IMG/VR virus record: IMGVR_UViG_3300028833_000057
Location: 32,001 to 96,000 of that record
Length of the DNA: 64,000 nucleotides
Source: a virus
Taxonomy: Duplodnaviria; Caudoviricetes
Reading direction: 5' to 3' (one strand)
Within the stretch, counting starts at the first letter, position 1. Each line of letters begins with the position of its first letter. Under the pieces are notes generated by a model. That model was not told the DNA's origin. It saw only the letters and a list, made by a program, of their open reading frames with translations, and did no database searches. The position numbers and the translations under genes are program-made. Below, piece by piece: positions 1 to 11,455 of this stretch.

Positions 1-5
1 AATAA

Positions 6-758
6 TTAGATCTCAATATGACCTAAATCAATATCTGTAGCTAGGTCATTACTATCATGTACAGATATAGTCTTCTGCATCTGTGGGAATTCAACATGAC
101 TAGTTAAGAAATATTTATTATCAATTTTATTTATCATAGGTATTAATCTAAAACAGGCGTAGTAATCATACAATGGATCATCGCCATCCATAAAATCTGC
201 AGTAACTTTTACAGTTAATCCAGTTAGATCATTCATTGTAAACATTGTACTATATTTATACGGACGCGAATGATTTCTACTAACGTTAATTTTTATATCG
301 TCTAAGTAGTCGTAATCTTCTGATGATAAGGATTCATATCCGGGAAATGATTGCCAATACTTATCATATATCTTTTTAAATATTTCCGTATCCCATTTGT
401 CCATATTATTGTAAACATTTTCAGGCATATAGTCTTGAAACTTTATTCTTGTTTCAAGTAGCGTCTCTAGGAACGTTTGCATTTCTTCGCTTATATCGCC
501 TTCATAATTATCTACCATTTCTCTAAATATATCCTTTATACGGTTATCTATATTATATAGTATCGTATCCCTTACAATTTCTACATTCGTAGTTAAAGGG
601 CACAATACATTTACATATACGGAACCATCATCTACAGCATTATCATATACAAGATATAATGCATCTTTAAATAAATTCTTTTTAACTTCTTTTTTGTCTT
701 CTGTTTGGACTTTTTTCTTAGATTTCTTTGTTGGCATCTTGTCTCCATGTTTATTCAT
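6..758 (-). CDS. hypothetical phage protein (early-type promoter)
   Basis: 250-aa ORF with a Lys-rich N-terminus; TATATTAAA motif just upstream; GGAG before an alternative start (MPTKK). Confidence 0.75.
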   Translation of the reverse strand: MNKHGDKMPTKKSKKKVQTEDKKEVKKNLFKDALYLVYDNAVDDGSVYVNVLCPLTTNVEIVRDTILYNIDNRIKDIFREMVDNYEGDISEEMQTFLETLLETRIKFQDYMPENVYNNMDKWDTEIFKKIYDKYWQSFPGYESLSSEDYDYLDDIKINVSRNHSRPYKYSTMFTMNDLTGLTVKVTADFMDGDDPLYDYYACFRLIPMINKIDNKYFLTSHVEFPQMQKTISVHDSNDLATDIDLGHIEI

Positions 759-847
759 TTTCTTTATTTAATATATATTCTTAATATCTAACATTATTAT
801 GACGATGCAAAAATCTCCTTGTGTTGTTAGGTTGTTTATCGAATAAA

Positions 848-884
848 TATCCCTTAGCGTAGAAATATGCTAAGGGATATCTTT
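848..884. terminator. intrinsic terminator hairpin
   Basis: ATCCCTTAGC-GTAGAAATAT-GCTAAGGGAT inverted repeat with T-rich flanks. Confidence 0.7.
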
Positions 885-902
885 ATGAATTTTTAAAGCC
901 AA

Positions 903-914
903 AACAAAGAATTG
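903..914 (+). promoter_or_regulatory. late-type promoter AACA-N6-TG
   Basis: AACA AAGAAT TG upstream of the structural operon; same motif precedes about 10 late genes. Confidence 0.7.
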
Positions 915-936
915 TATAAAATTATATAGGTAGATT

Positions 937-2259
937 ATGCAACAGGACTTAACCTTCAAACAAGCGAATATAAGTAGCAGCGCTATCTTAAGTGCTGTAA
1001 CGGGTGAAGTCCGGAGATGGTGGTTAAATCAGTTTCCTGAAAACTATTTTAAGTATATAAGAATAACTTCAGGCGGCACTATCCCGGATATAGAAGGCGA
1101 TGCCGACCGTATGAGGGCTTATAGAAAGAGTAATCCGTGTCTGGCATTAAGACCTAGATTAAAGTTTCAGGAAGACTTAATGGGTGAAGCCTTAAGGAAT
1201 CCGGCACCGTTCTTATATGAGAACATCGGGCCTGACTCCCATTACTATACGCTATATAGAAACGATCAGTTCCTGCAGCGTATAACATTCATGGTTGATT
1301 ACTATAAGATGGAATTCCAAGTTGGGATCCGTGTTGAATCTGAAGTGCAGATGCTGGATGTAATCGGCTTATTGAATAAGCGTATATTCCCTGAGAATTA
1401 CTTCTATATAAATGATTGTCCATTACTTGTAGAGATCCCATCTAATCTTCTATTCAAGACAGCAGAAGACTTAGGACTAAATTTATATAAGCCTGAAGAT
1501 GTAAAAATCTTCCTAGACATCTTACAGCATAATACTACGTATCCTATAGATATAAAGATTAAGAAAGATAGTGGTAAGAAGATAATTGCATTCATTATGC
1601 CTGCAAATATCTTATGCCGTGTTGAAAAATTGCCTGAACCTGATGTTCAGCATGTTAATCGTTCTATAGATAATACGAAAATACAGTTCACAATGACTGC
1701 CCAAGTGCCGTTCCCTAATCTATTTAAGATGTGGACGGAGTTACCGGTACCTATGCCACCTGGCTGGAGTCGGCCTGATGATGGAGATCCAAATAAGCCG
1801 GAACCTCCGTTTGAAACATCTGGTCTAGATAATGGTAGACTCATGATTAACTATGCTTTAACAACTGAACCTCCTCAATATATTAAGGGTACAAGTGCTA
1901 AGCGTATATTCATGAAGAAATTCATTACTGGTACAGATATGGCAGTAGATTATTTATCTCTAGCTGGTATTCTTCCACCTGCTCTAGAAATGTTTATAGA
2001 TCAGATGCTTGAGGAACATAAAAAAGACGTGCTTGAGGAAGCTATCTTATTCAGATTATATAGAGATGAATATTGTGAGCCACCAACGAATTATAAATTT
2101 GATTTCAAGAATAAGACTCTAGAATTATTCTCGCCACTTAGAAATTACATATACCGTGTAGTCATCTATGTGGAAACAACGATACTTCAAAGATACGAAG
2201 CTATTATCAGGGGTATACCTGATCTTCAGCAAGTATTTGATGCGGACATTCTTCAATAG
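937..2259 (+). CDS. putative virion structural protein
   Basis: 440-aa ORF, first gene of a tightly packed late-promoter operon; function inferred from context. Confidence 0.6.
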   Translation: MQQDLTFKQANISSSAILSAVTGEVRRWWLNQFPENYFKYIRITSGGTIPDIEGDADRMRAYRKSNPCLALRPRLKFQEDLMGEALRNPAPFLYENIGPDSHYYTLYRNDQFLQRITFMVDYYKMEFQVGIRVESEVQMLDVIGLLNKRIFPENYFYINDCPLLVEIPSNLLFKTAEDLGLNLYKPEDVKIFLDILQHNTTYPIDIKIKKDSGKKIIAFIMPANILCRVEKLPEPDVQHVNRSIDNTKIQFTMTAQVPFPNLFKMWTELPVPMPPGWSRPDDGDPNKPEPPFETSGLDNGRLMINYALTTEPPQYIKGTSAKRIFMKKFITGTDMAVDYLSLAGILPPALEMFIDQMLEEHKKDVLEEAILFRLYRDEYCEPPTNYKFDFKNKTLELFSPLRNYIYRVVIYVETTILQRYEAIIRGIPDLQQVFDADILQ

Positions 2260-2267
2260 GTTATATA

Positions 2268-4613
2268 ATGACAGCGTTTTATAACAAATACCAGTCATAT
2301 AGACAGTATTTCATAAATCCGAACTATATGCCTTTACAAGAAAGAGCAGAAGCAGAAGACCTGCTGAATCCTAATACGTTAGTTACATCTGCTCTTCTTG
2401 AACAGCGCAATATACTAAGATTTCAAGGTGTACATCCTATACCTGCTAAATATTATATGCACTCTAAGAGTGCTACCCCTATTAGTACATTATTAACTAA
2501 GCTTTCTGAAAATGTAGATTATCAGGCATACTTTGTCCAAGGCTTAGATAATATTGGTGTTGTTACTATTACAGATTTCGACTCATCTATTAATCTCTCG
2601 GATTATCAGCTACTAGTATTTGATAGGAATAATAATGACTTGATTCATTCAGGATTTAGAATTAACGATTTTAAATCTACATTCTGGTATGTAATTAATA
2701 ATACTCTGTATGTTATTCTTATGAATTGCACTAGATATTGCAATGATGAAAATGATTTAACAAGCTTTGCAGATGAAGTTGATGTAGTCTTAATGCGTAA
2801 GGTTAATTGCCGTGATAGCGTTAAGATAGGGTTAATGGAATTTACATTACCTCCTAACGATCCTACAACACAAGTTACTGAAAATGAGTTACCATTTACG
2901 GAATTACAGACATTATATCTTAGATTTGATGAAGTTGGCCCGAAGACCACTATGTTTAATAGATATAATGAAAGATTCTATGGTGTTGCGCTATACTTAT
3001 CTGAGTATGAAGTAGAAATTGGTGACGTTATCTATAACGAACATGATAAAGAGGTAACAGTAACCAGTAATAATATTACTCTGATTAATGATGCTATTAG
3101 ACAGACACATATCAAAAACTGGTTGTTAATAGATCCAAGTAAATATCAGATATCTATTGGTGATAATTGTATTATTGCTGAATGGAATAATATTGCAGAT
3201 GTTGCAGATCTAAATCTCTTTATATATGCTTCTTATAGTGATACTGAAACAGGAACAAGCCTTCCTAGAATGAAGATACCTGTTACCAGATTATATATGA
3301 ATAGTAAATTCTATTTATATAATAAGAATACTTTTATAAAGACTGAATATGAATATAGATATAATCCGGGTGAGGATCATCCTATTATTTCTGTAAGCAG
3401 AGATAATACTACTCCATTAAGAGCTATTGAAGAAAGCTTTAATGTAGTTCGTGATGATGACGATAATATCATAGGTCAATATCCTAATTATATCCCTATG
3501 AATTGGAGTCTTCCTAACGATTTACGTTTAAGTGATGATCCGGATTCACATATCTATGGTAGATGGATTGATACTGAAGATGTATTCGTATTTGTAGATG
3601 GCGTAAAGTTAACGCCATATCTAGATTACGAAGTATCTAATAATGGTTTTATAGGCGAAGATATACCAGCTGGTAGTATCAAGTTCAAGAATAGGAATTC
3701 TAGTGATACTGCGGAAACTTTCCCGGTATTTCCTATATGCCCTGTGGATGAATCTGTAAGTCTTCATACTATATTAGTATTTACTATTCCATCTTCTGTA
3801 CATAGAAATGTATATTATGGCCCATATACTTATGGCGATCATTCAGAATTCGTACATGATATAAGTGAAGAGGTCATGAGTGCTTCTGATTATAAATTTA
3901 AGGATAGTAATGGAGTATATCCAATACTAAATATTGAAGCTGCTACAACTAAAGCTACAGTTTCAATGCTTTCTCCTGAAAATTATATAGTCTTTGCAGC
4001 AGGTAGATATCAAAGAACTGAAGATAATAAGGCTGCTATTGCATTAGATAATGCTCTATATATGAGAGAATTATCAACATATACAAGTATAGAGTATCAC
4101 TCTTACTTTGACGATAGCAAATTATCTTATATAGATAATATGTGGCACAATAATTCTACATATAATCCATTAGCAGAGAAGTTAATTAAGTATTTAACAG
4201 GAGCAGACCCTGAAGATCCTGAATACTTTGATATAGAGAAAACCTATATGATTAATTTCTTAGCTGATAGAGAAGATCCAGAAGAACCAAATAGGATTAC
4301 TGAAGAATCTTCAGAAGCCTATGGTATTCCGACGGACTATATCTACTATGGTGGTTCTACGAATATCTTTGAACTCTGGCTCAAGCATAATACTCGTCTT
4401 GTGTTTAGAAACGATATTGATGCACAGGATGATACTGCTAGACGTAGAGTTCCGGACAAACAGACTTACTTCAGTGCCAATGATGATCTATCTGAAAGAG
4501 GTTATCTGAATAATATTCATGTGTCTGGTAATGATATGCCGGGTATGCCTGAATATACTGCTTCTAATGATATAAATAATGAAGAAGAAACTGAAGACGA
4601 CAATAACGGATAA
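2268..4613 (+). CDS. putative virion structural protein (beta-rich)
   Basis: 781-aa acidic, Tyr/Asn-rich ORF; VFVFVDGVKLTPYLDYEV resembles small beta-sandwich motifs of phage tail/baseplate proteins. Confidence 0.6.
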   Translation: MTAFYNKYQSYRQYFINPNYMPLQERAEAEDLLNPNTLVTSALLEQRNILRFQGVHPIPAKYYMHSKSATPISTLLTKLSENVDYQAYFVQGLDNIGVVTITDFDSSINLSDYQLLVFDRNNNDLIHSGFRINDFKSTFWYVINNTLYVILMNCTRYCNDENDLTSFADEVDVVLMRKVNCRDSVKIGLMEFTLPPNDPTTQVTENELPFTELQTLYLRFDEVGPKTTMFNRYNERFYGVALYLSEYEVEIGDVIYNEHDKEVTVTSNNITLINDAIRQTHIKNWLLIDPSKYQISIGDNCIIAEWNNIADVADLNLFIYASYSDTETGTSLPRMKIPVTRLYMNSKFYLYNKNTFIKTEYEYRYNPGEDHPIISVSRDNTTPLRAIEESFNVVRDDDDNIIGQYPNYIPMNWSLPNDLRLSDDPDSHIYGRWIDTEDVFVFVDGVKLTPYLDYEVSNNGFIGEDIPAGSIKFKNRNSSDTAETFPVFPICPVDESVSLHTILVFTIPSSVHRNVYYGPYTYGDHSEFVHDISEEVMSASDYKFKDSNGVYPILNIEAATTKATVSMLSPENYIVFAAGRYQRTEDNKAAIALDNALYMRELSTYTSIEYHSYFDDSKLSYIDNMWHNNSTYNPLAEKLIKYLTGADPEDPEYFDIEKTYMINFLADREDPEEPNRITEESSEAYGIPTDYIYYGGSTNIFELWLKHNTRLVFRNDIDAQDDTARRRVPDKQTYFSANDDLSERGYLNNIHVSGNDMPGMPEYTASNDINNEEETEDDNNG

Positions 4614-4622
4614 AGGTAATTT

Positions 4623-5483
4623 ATGTCTTTTGAAATTTATGAATATAAACCTACTAACGATGGAAAACTTGAAAAAGTCGTATATGAGACTTTGGAGGAT
4701 TTAAATCCATCTGATGCAGATACACCATTTGAATATCTGAATCGTTATATTGCTCAAAAGCGTATTGCTTTTGAGAGGGCAAATAATGAGATTATAGAAA
4801 AATGGCATTCATACGTAGAAAATTATTTTAGATCATTAGAACTTGTCAAAGAAGAATTAAAAATACGTGGATATGATATAGACCACTTAGACTTTAAAGA
4901 TGTATGGGAAATAAATAGCCCTGTCTTAAAGTATATGGCAGATAATCTATGCCAAGCCTTTGTACTTACCTTTGGTAATACAGAGGCTTTTTTAAATACA
5001 GATTTAATGAAGAATGCACCTGAAGATATTAAAGAAGAATTCAGGGATATTACATCTGACGAATATTACACATGGTTACAGTACATGACTAATGCTGAAG
5101 CAACAAGGCCAGTGCGTCCAGTCCTTCTTAGCGATACTTACGAGAAGTTTGACTTAATTGAAGCTAAGAATATTATTGTGACCATTCGTGATAAATTTGT
5201 TAGGAATAATGAAGATAGTATGGCAGATGCCTTAAAGCTGTGTTCATTCCTAGCCGGTGCTATCAGACGCATCTACAATGTACTTCCAGAAGAATCCAAG
5301 AATAAATTATCCGCAGTAGATAGAAATATTCTAGATTACGGATTTAAATTCCAATCTGAATTACAAACTAGATGTGATTCTGAATTAGCAGATGAAGGTT
5401 TAGGTGTAATAAAGAAACTCTTAGAGAGAGAAAGTACCATTAATGATATTATTCTCTTAGTTTACTCTCACTTGAAGGCGTAA
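4623..5483 (+). CDS. hypothetical protein in structural operon
   Basis: 286-aa helical-looking ORF, AAAGGT RBS, closely coupled to neighbours. Confidence 0.7.
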   Translation: MSFEIYEYKPTNDGKLEKVVYETLEDLNPSDADTPFEYLNRYIAQKRIAFERANNEIIEKWHSYVENYFRSLELVKEELKIRGYDIDHLDFKDVWEINSPVLKYMADNLCQAFVLTFGNTEAFLNTDLMKNAPEDIKEEFRDITSDEYYTWLQYMTNAEATRPVRPVLLSDTYEKFDLIEAKNIIVTIRDKFVRNNEDSMADALKLCSFLAGAIRRIYNVLPEESKNKLSAVDRNILDYGFKFQSELQTRCDSELADEGLGVIKKLLERESTINDIILLVYSHLKA

Positions 5484-5484
5484 T

Positions 5485-8400
5485 ATGGTTAATTTTAGTA
5501 AAGCAAGATTTGAATTCATACCTAGCGTATTGGATTCATCAGAGATCGACTCTCCTTATACTAACAGCAATGTTGAAGGCCATGAAGAGATGTCGAAGTC
5601 TTCGGATAGAATCTATCCAAGACGTGATGAATTATTCCAAGACGAAAATGGTAATCTATATTTATATAAAGTCATTAATGGCATTCACAAGTACGTGAAG
5701 ATTTCTGCTGATGCTACTGTAGGCTCAGATAATGGTGATCGCATAAATAAAGATATATTTATGCCGTTCCAGAAAATTGCTAAAGTAGATACAACCAGTA
5801 GTATTAATTCTGCAGTATTTGATGATGGCATTATAGCGGTTGCTAATGGAAATGCATTAAAGTTTTTCAAGAGCAATCTGAATGGTGATGGCTTAGATGA
5901 AATTGAAGGCGAAATATCTATAGCCAATTACGCTGATTTCTTTGCAAAGAAGTTTGGTACGTTTACATATAATAATGGTAATGTAAATTTCAGAGTCCTT
6001 TTATGCTGCAAGTCTGTAACTGAAGGCTACGAAGTTAAGAATACTGTACAGGCATTCAGACTTGTTAGCGATTTATCCGTAATTCAGACTGCTTATACTT
6101 TAGAACCATACGGAACTGCTGAAACATTTACGGAAAACATTACCAGTGTAGGAAACAATCAGGTAAATATTCTTCGTAATGGTGACAGTACCACAAGCTT
6201 TAGGGCTATAGTTAATAGCTCCATTATTGAAGCCGAGTTAACTGATGATACTATCACGTATACATGTCCTGCTGAATCATTTATTAGCTTTGCAAAGTCT
6301 TCCGGTAATACAAATGCCGTAATGACTTCAATGCCAATGTCCGGTAATATCCGTCTATATACTAAGGATACTGATTCCTATATAGAAGTACCGCCATCTG
6401 GTGGTAATAATTACTATGGCACGACTATTCTTAATGTAAAACGTACAAAGGCTAGACCTAATGCGTTTAGCATGTATCCTATCGTTAAGATTACATCTAC
6501 ATCATGCCACCTATATACCTCTGACTTTGGATCTACTCCAGTTGATAACCTTTTCTCTATGGATTTAGAAGAAGGTGAAGAATTTGTTAGAGTCATTGAT
6601 AACTCTCATTCCATAAACCATGCAAATATGGTTGAAGGTTATGAGAAATTTGTAGCATCATTCATTGTCTTCACTACTAAAGATAATATTTCTTATGCAA
6701 ATCTATACTATTGCATACCTAATGCTCTTGAAGATGACAATGTAACTAGTGCTAACGAGAGATATCAGAATTCTACATACTCCGTAGTAAAGGTCGGTAG
6801 ATACCAATTTAATAAAGGCGAAGAGATTAACGATCTCGAAACATTGTCTTATATCTATATACTAGATAATGGCAATATACTAGAGAACCGTTCTGACTCT
6901 CTAGTAATGTATGCTGCTTCACAGTTTAAGTATTTATCTGCGTCTTTTGCAGATAGCTTGTTTGCCGCAAATCTTCAGGCATTCAAACTTATAAGCAATA
7001 TTGTAGATACTAAGGAACTAAGGGCAACTGACAGCTATACTACACACACAGATATATCTAAGGCAAGTATTAAGGAAGCCAGCGTAACAAATATAAGTGC
7101 TGAATCCGATAATAGTTCTAGATTGTTAGAAAATATCCAATTCGATGTAAATCGCTTTACATCTTTCGGGTATGACCATTACTATATCAACATGGATCTG
7201 GAAGCATATAATCCATTAACGATTTGTGATATAGATACTGATGAAGTATACAATATCACTGTATCATTTGGAGATGATATATCAATATTTGATATTAGGA
7301 ATACACCAGATTATGGTAAGTTTATTGTAAACGTTGATAAACATGGTATAATATTTGGTAACTTCTATTGCTATTTAAATAATGTCTTAAAGACCTTTGG
7401 TTACCGTTCTACAATGAGCCTTGAAGAGCTTATTGAAAGAAAGAAGAAAGATTCTATTAATACAAAATGTGAATTTATCCTAACTGAAGAAGATGTATCT
7501 CCGTATATTGGATCCGATACCGTTAGAAACTTATTTGATTCTTTAAAGATAGTTACCCGTACGGATAATTCCATTATACATATCTATAATACGATAGATG
7601 GTAGGATCATCCTTAAGGAAACCGCAGCTGTTTATAATGCAGATGATTTTAATAAACATACCGTAGATATTTATAATACTAGCTTGCTAAATAGAGAAGT
7701 AAGTATTAATGCTTACTTTGAAGTGATAGCTAATGCTGGTAATCTCAATGTAATAACGAAGAGCTATACAGATGGCTTAGTGTATAATAAGTATATATTT
7801 ATACCAATGGTAAATGTTACTGATAAGCTTGTAATTGTTAGGCTCTTAAGACCATGTATTACTAGAAGCACTGGCTATTATCCTGAATCATATGGTTTAG
7901 CATCATATATATCGAATAATGAAATCGTTTATTATAATAATAGATACACGATGCTAGAACCAATGCTATCGTCACATGATGATTTCTATGACCTTCCGCT
8001 AGTAGCTACATCATCTAAAACTGTGATGTACATTGACTCTAACAAGAAAGTATGGAACGTCAATTTCAATTACAGAATGAATGAAGATAACATTGGCATA
8101 TCTTTCAAGGAATCTGCAAATGTAATCTGCGATAATAATATCTTGCCATATACTAGCGGTGCATATCGTTTTATTGATAAGTACAACAAGATGTACTTAT
8201 ATACTGAATATCGTGGAGAATACAAAGTAGTAGAAATTACCCACGAAGGCGATATAAATAGTGTAATACTGGTACGCACAGGATTATACGACCCAGGTCG
8301 TGGTAATAACGATTGCCTATTCATAGGCAATAATATCCTGACAAACGTATACAGAAATGATACAGGTACAACGGGTTATATAAAGGTAAAAAATACATTA

Positions 8401-11400
8401 CTCAATGTCTCTGCAGACAGCTTAAGTGCATCGGATGCTAATATTGGAAATGCTAATATTGGTAGCCTTAATGCTGTACACGGTAATTTTACTCAGCTAG
8501 ATATTAATGGTTTAGCTATGAGAAGCATTCCTGGTGCAGTTGTTGATACTGGTTTATCCGCTGCAGAAAAGATGAACTTTATAAAAGAAGCTAATGCATC
8601 TATTATTAGTAATTCTATAATTAGTGGAAACAGGACTACTGCTAAATATAGGGATCTTACTGACGATTATTCTAATGCAAGCTTATTGAATATTGAAATT
8701 ACTTCTAGACCTGGATATGCACATGGACTAGTCCATTATACTAAGGATAATAGTAGAGTTTATTCACTGCTAGGAACAGCATACTACGAAAATAATTCAG
8801 AAATAACAGTTGTATTAATGTTTGATACTCCTGAAAGGGCTGCTGACCAATCTATATACGACACTACAGGCGAGCTATTAAATAATGTATTTGTCATTAA
8901 GGGTTTAAAGAGATACAGTCAATATAGCGGAGTGATAACTGATGAAGCGACTCATTTCTCTCGACTTAGTGAAGACCAGTATGTACATGGTGGTACACCT
9001 TATTTATTAACTAATCCTGGGTGGATGTCTACCGGTAATATAGCATATGATAAGCGTAATGTAACAACCGGGCCTATGGAATTTACTTTTAATAAAGGTG
9101 ATAAAGAATTTAAATTCAAAATTAATCTTGGGTGTTTTGTTGATGCTGCAAATACAATGAATACTTATGTCTACTTCAACAATATCACATTTGTTAATGA
9201 AGATATTAATGAAGAATATGAATTATTCAAAGCAGAGACAGCACCTGCATTTAAGATTCCATCTTCTCAAGATTCTTGGACATTATGTAATGCTTCAGGT
9301 ACATTAGCATTAAATAAAATGGCAGAGTTCGTACCTGCAAGAAAGGAATATGAACTAAAAGCTGATCCTAATGATGTAAGAGTAAATGTTCTTAATGGAA
9401 TGAAAGTAGTATATTTCCCTGCTCTAGTCCATGGGAAAACTAATACTCTTAGTGCCATTAATAACGTATTAGTTTATGGTATGGATAAAACTGATAAAGG
9501 TCAGTATGACTGGAAAGTTATAAATCTTCAAGAAGTACCATCGAATAAGGAAAATCTTCTTACATCATATTATGAAAATGGTAATCCTATTTTAGCAGAT
9601 ATAGATATAGATTATACACCGTTTATTATAGATGAAGTAGATACAAGTTCTGAAATTACTACTGAGGATAGTAATTATAGATATAGAACTATACAGCAAA
9701 GAAAATATCTAGCTATAGGATGTGCTGAGCCTATTAATACTGAAAAAGATGATATGTTATCTTCTGGAATAGATGATAAATATACCAAAGATATCGGTAT
9801 ATATCATGGTTACGGTAACTTTACGAATAGACTTGCATACACCTATGCGTCCTTCGTAAAAGCTCCAAATCTAAGTAGCTTCATGAACTTTAGCAAGATA
9901 TACGTTACATGGATAGGAACTAAAACCGTAATTAAAACTGGAAAAAGTTCTGGTGTAGTTGTTTCTACTGTAACCACACAAGAATTACCTAAAGGATCAA
10001 GATTAGTGGTGCCTGATGGTAAGCTAATAAATCGAAACGATGATGATAAAAAGCGGTTTGTTAGTGCAAAATTCTTAGCTCCTAAGACGAATGAAATAGA
10101 AATACAGGGTATATTCGTTAAAAATAATCTTATGTACTCAGATATCCTTACTAGTTTCAGTAAGACTGAGTATGATAGCATCATAAGTACGTACATTGAA
10201 CCTACATACTTCATAGACCTGACTACTGATAATAAAACCTTTACACCTGTATGCTGTACTGATAATGATTGGAAGAATAGTAGTCCACGCGTAGGTTCTA
10301 TAGACTTAGATCCATACCTTAGTCTGTTTTATTCTCCATTATTTGAAAGAAAATATCCAGAAAATTCAAAAAGATCTATAGTTATCGCATTATTAATAAA
10401 TACTAGATTTGGTACTGACACAACTATCTCTAGTATAATTATGGATCTAACTAGTGGATATGGATATCTAAAAGATTCAATTAATTCTAATTATGCGGTA
10501 TTAAATAAGCAGTATACTGTAACGGTAAATGGATCAAAGATAGGCATTCAAGATGTATATCCTAAGCAGTTAAGTAGTGAATATATCACAAACTATACGA
10601 TTACATCATCATATGATGCTTATGCTATATTATTCCCCATAAACATTACTTGGAAGATCTATACTGCTATGGCAATGGTTCATGGGTGCGTATTTAATCT
10701 GCAATCTAAATATCTTAGTATACCAGTAACTGAATCATCTAAGAGTGCTGATAGTAATAAGAACTGGCTAACATACTATGAGGCATCATATCGTACGAGT
10801 TCGATGTTCCCACAAGGTTCTGAAATCCTTAAAGGATGCATGGAGAAGTATTCATTTAGTAGTACGACAGATACACGTGATAGACCGGTAGATTCAGTAT
10901 CTATATCAGATGTAGATAAATTTAAATATAAGCCAATACAATATCCTACAAAAACTGGCAGTTATATTATATATGTCAATGGTAGCTATACTGACCCACC
11001 ATGTATGCATATAGCTTCAAGCTCTGGAACTATGAATGAAAATTCTAATGCAGGTATACCTGTTTCATCCATTTATAATGAAACACAGAACTTTGCAGAG
11101 CTATCATATATGAATATGAGCAAGGCTACAGATACAAGTGTTATACTAGCAACTGCATCTGCTATATATATGTGGAATATAGGAGAGCTGTATAGCTATA
11201 CTAAAGGCTTTGTAGGTGACATTTCCGAATATAATATCCTTGGAAATAACCGCATAGATACATATATTTATCATGGCAACAAGTCTAATATGCTTTATAA
11301 TTATGGAAATGATATTGGAGAAGTTAAAGATTCCATAGTTGTCATTGACAAAAGAAATGATGTAAAGAATAACCCTTCGGGGTATATCGGTCAGAATCTT

Positions 11401-11451
11401 TACCTTAATGGTCGAAAAGTAGTTACCGTTGATAATATATTGACGGATTAA
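5485..11451 (+). CDS. large tail fibre / receptor-binding-like virion protein
   Basis: 1988 aa, Ser/Thr/Asn/Tyr-rich and beta-rich, with short repeat stretches (LSASDANIGNANIGSLNA; ISKASIKEASVTNISA) typical of fibre shafts; last gene of late operon. Confidence 0.55.
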   Translation: MVNFSKARFEFIPSVLDSSEIDSPYTNSNVEGHEEMSKSSDRIYPRRDELFQDENGNLYLYKVINGIHKYVKISADATVGSDNGDRINKDIFMPFQKIAKVDTTSSINSAVFDDGIIAVANGNALKFFKSNLNGDGLDEIEGEISIANYADFFAKKFGTFTYNNGNVNFRVLLCCKSVTEGYEVKNTVQAFRLVSDLSVIQTAYTLEPYGTAETFTENITSVGNNQVNILRNGDSTTSFRAIVNSSIIEAELTDDTITYTCPAESFISFAKSSGNTNAVMTSMPMSGNIRLYTKDTDSYIEVPPSGGNNYYGTTILNVKRTKARPNAFSMYPIVKITSTSCHLYTSDFGSTPVDNLFSMDLEEGEEFVRVIDNSHSINHANMVEGYEKFVASFIVFTTKDNISYANLYYCIPNALEDDNVTSANERYQNSTYSVVKVGRYQFNKGEEINDLETLSYIYILDNGNILENRSDSLVMYAASQFKYLSASFADSLFAANLQAFKLISNIVDTKELRATDSYTTHTDISKASIKEASVTNISAESDNSSRLLENIQFDVNRFTSFGYDHYYINMDLEAYNPLTICDIDTDEVYNITVSFGDDISIFDIRNTPDYGKFIVNVDKHGIIFGNFYCYLNNVLKTFGYRSTMSLEELIERKKKDSINTKCEFILTEEDVSPYIGSDTVRNLFDSLKIVTRTDNSIIHIYNTIDGRIILKETAAVYNADDFNKHTVDIYNTSLLNREVSINAYFEVIANAGNLNVITKSYTDGLVYNKYIFIPMVNVTDKLVIVRLLRPCITRSTGYYPESYGLASYISNNEIVYYNNRYTMLEPMLSSHDDFYDLPLVATSSKTVMYIDSNKKVWNVNFNYRMNEDNIGISFKESANVICDNNILPYTSGAYRFIDKYNKMYLYTEYRGEYKVVEITHEGDINSVILVRTGLYDPGRGNNDCLFIGNNILTNVYRNDTGTTGYIKVKNTLLNVSADSLSASDANIGNANIGSLNAVHGNFTQLDINGLAMRSIPGAVVDTGLSAAEKMNFIKEANASIISNSIISGNRTTAKYRDLTDDYSNASLLNIEITSRPGYAHGLVHYTKDNSRVYSLLGTAYYENNSEITVVLMFDTPERAADQSIYDTTGELLNNVFVIKGLKRYSQYSGVITDEATHFSRLSEDQYVHGGTPYLLTNPGWMSTGNIAYDKRNVTTGPMEFTFNKGDKEFKFKINLGCFVDAANTMNTYVYFNNITFVNEDINEEYELFKAETAPAFKIPSSQDSWTLCNASGTLALNKMAEFVPARKEYELKADPNDVRVNVLNGMKVVYFPALVHGKTNTLSAINNVLVYGMDKTDKGQYDWKVINLQEVPSNKENLLTSYYENGNPILADIDIDYTPFIIDEVDTSSEITTEDSNYRYRTIQQRKYLAIGCAEPINTEKDDMLSSGIDDKYTKDIGIYHGYGNFTNRLAYTYASFVKAPNLSSFMNFSKIYVTWIGTKTVIKTGKSSGVVVSTVTTQELPKGSRLVVPDGKLINRNDDDKKRFVSAKFLAPKTNEIEIQGIFVKNNLMYSDILTSFSKTEYDSIISTYIEPTYFIDLTTDNKTFTPVCCTDNDWKNSSPRVGSIDLDPYLSLFYSPLFERKYPENSKRSIVIALLINTRFGTDTTISSIIMDLTSGYGYLKDSINSNYAVLNKQYTVTVNGSKIGIQDVYPKQLSSEYITNYTITSSYDAYAILFPINITWKIYTAMAMVHGCVFNLQSKYLSIPVTESSKSADSNKNWLTYYEASYRTSSMFPQGSEILKGCMEKYSFSSTTDTRDRPVDSVSISDVDKFKYKPIQYPTKTGSYIIYVNGSYTDPPCMHIASSSGTMNENSNAGIPVSSIYNETQNFAELSYMNMSKATDTSVILATASAIYMWNIGELYSYTKGFVGDISEYNILGNNRIDTYIYHGNKSNMLYNYGNDIGEVKDSIVVIDKRNDVKNNPSGYIGQNLYLNGRKVVTVDNILTD

Positions 11452-11455
11452 AATT

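Noticed and set aside
170-215. ADFMDGD in the 250-aa ORF resembles the RNAP beta-prime catalytic NADFDGD
   Set aside because: An inserted Met breaks the DxDxD spacing and no flanking beta-prime motifs are present
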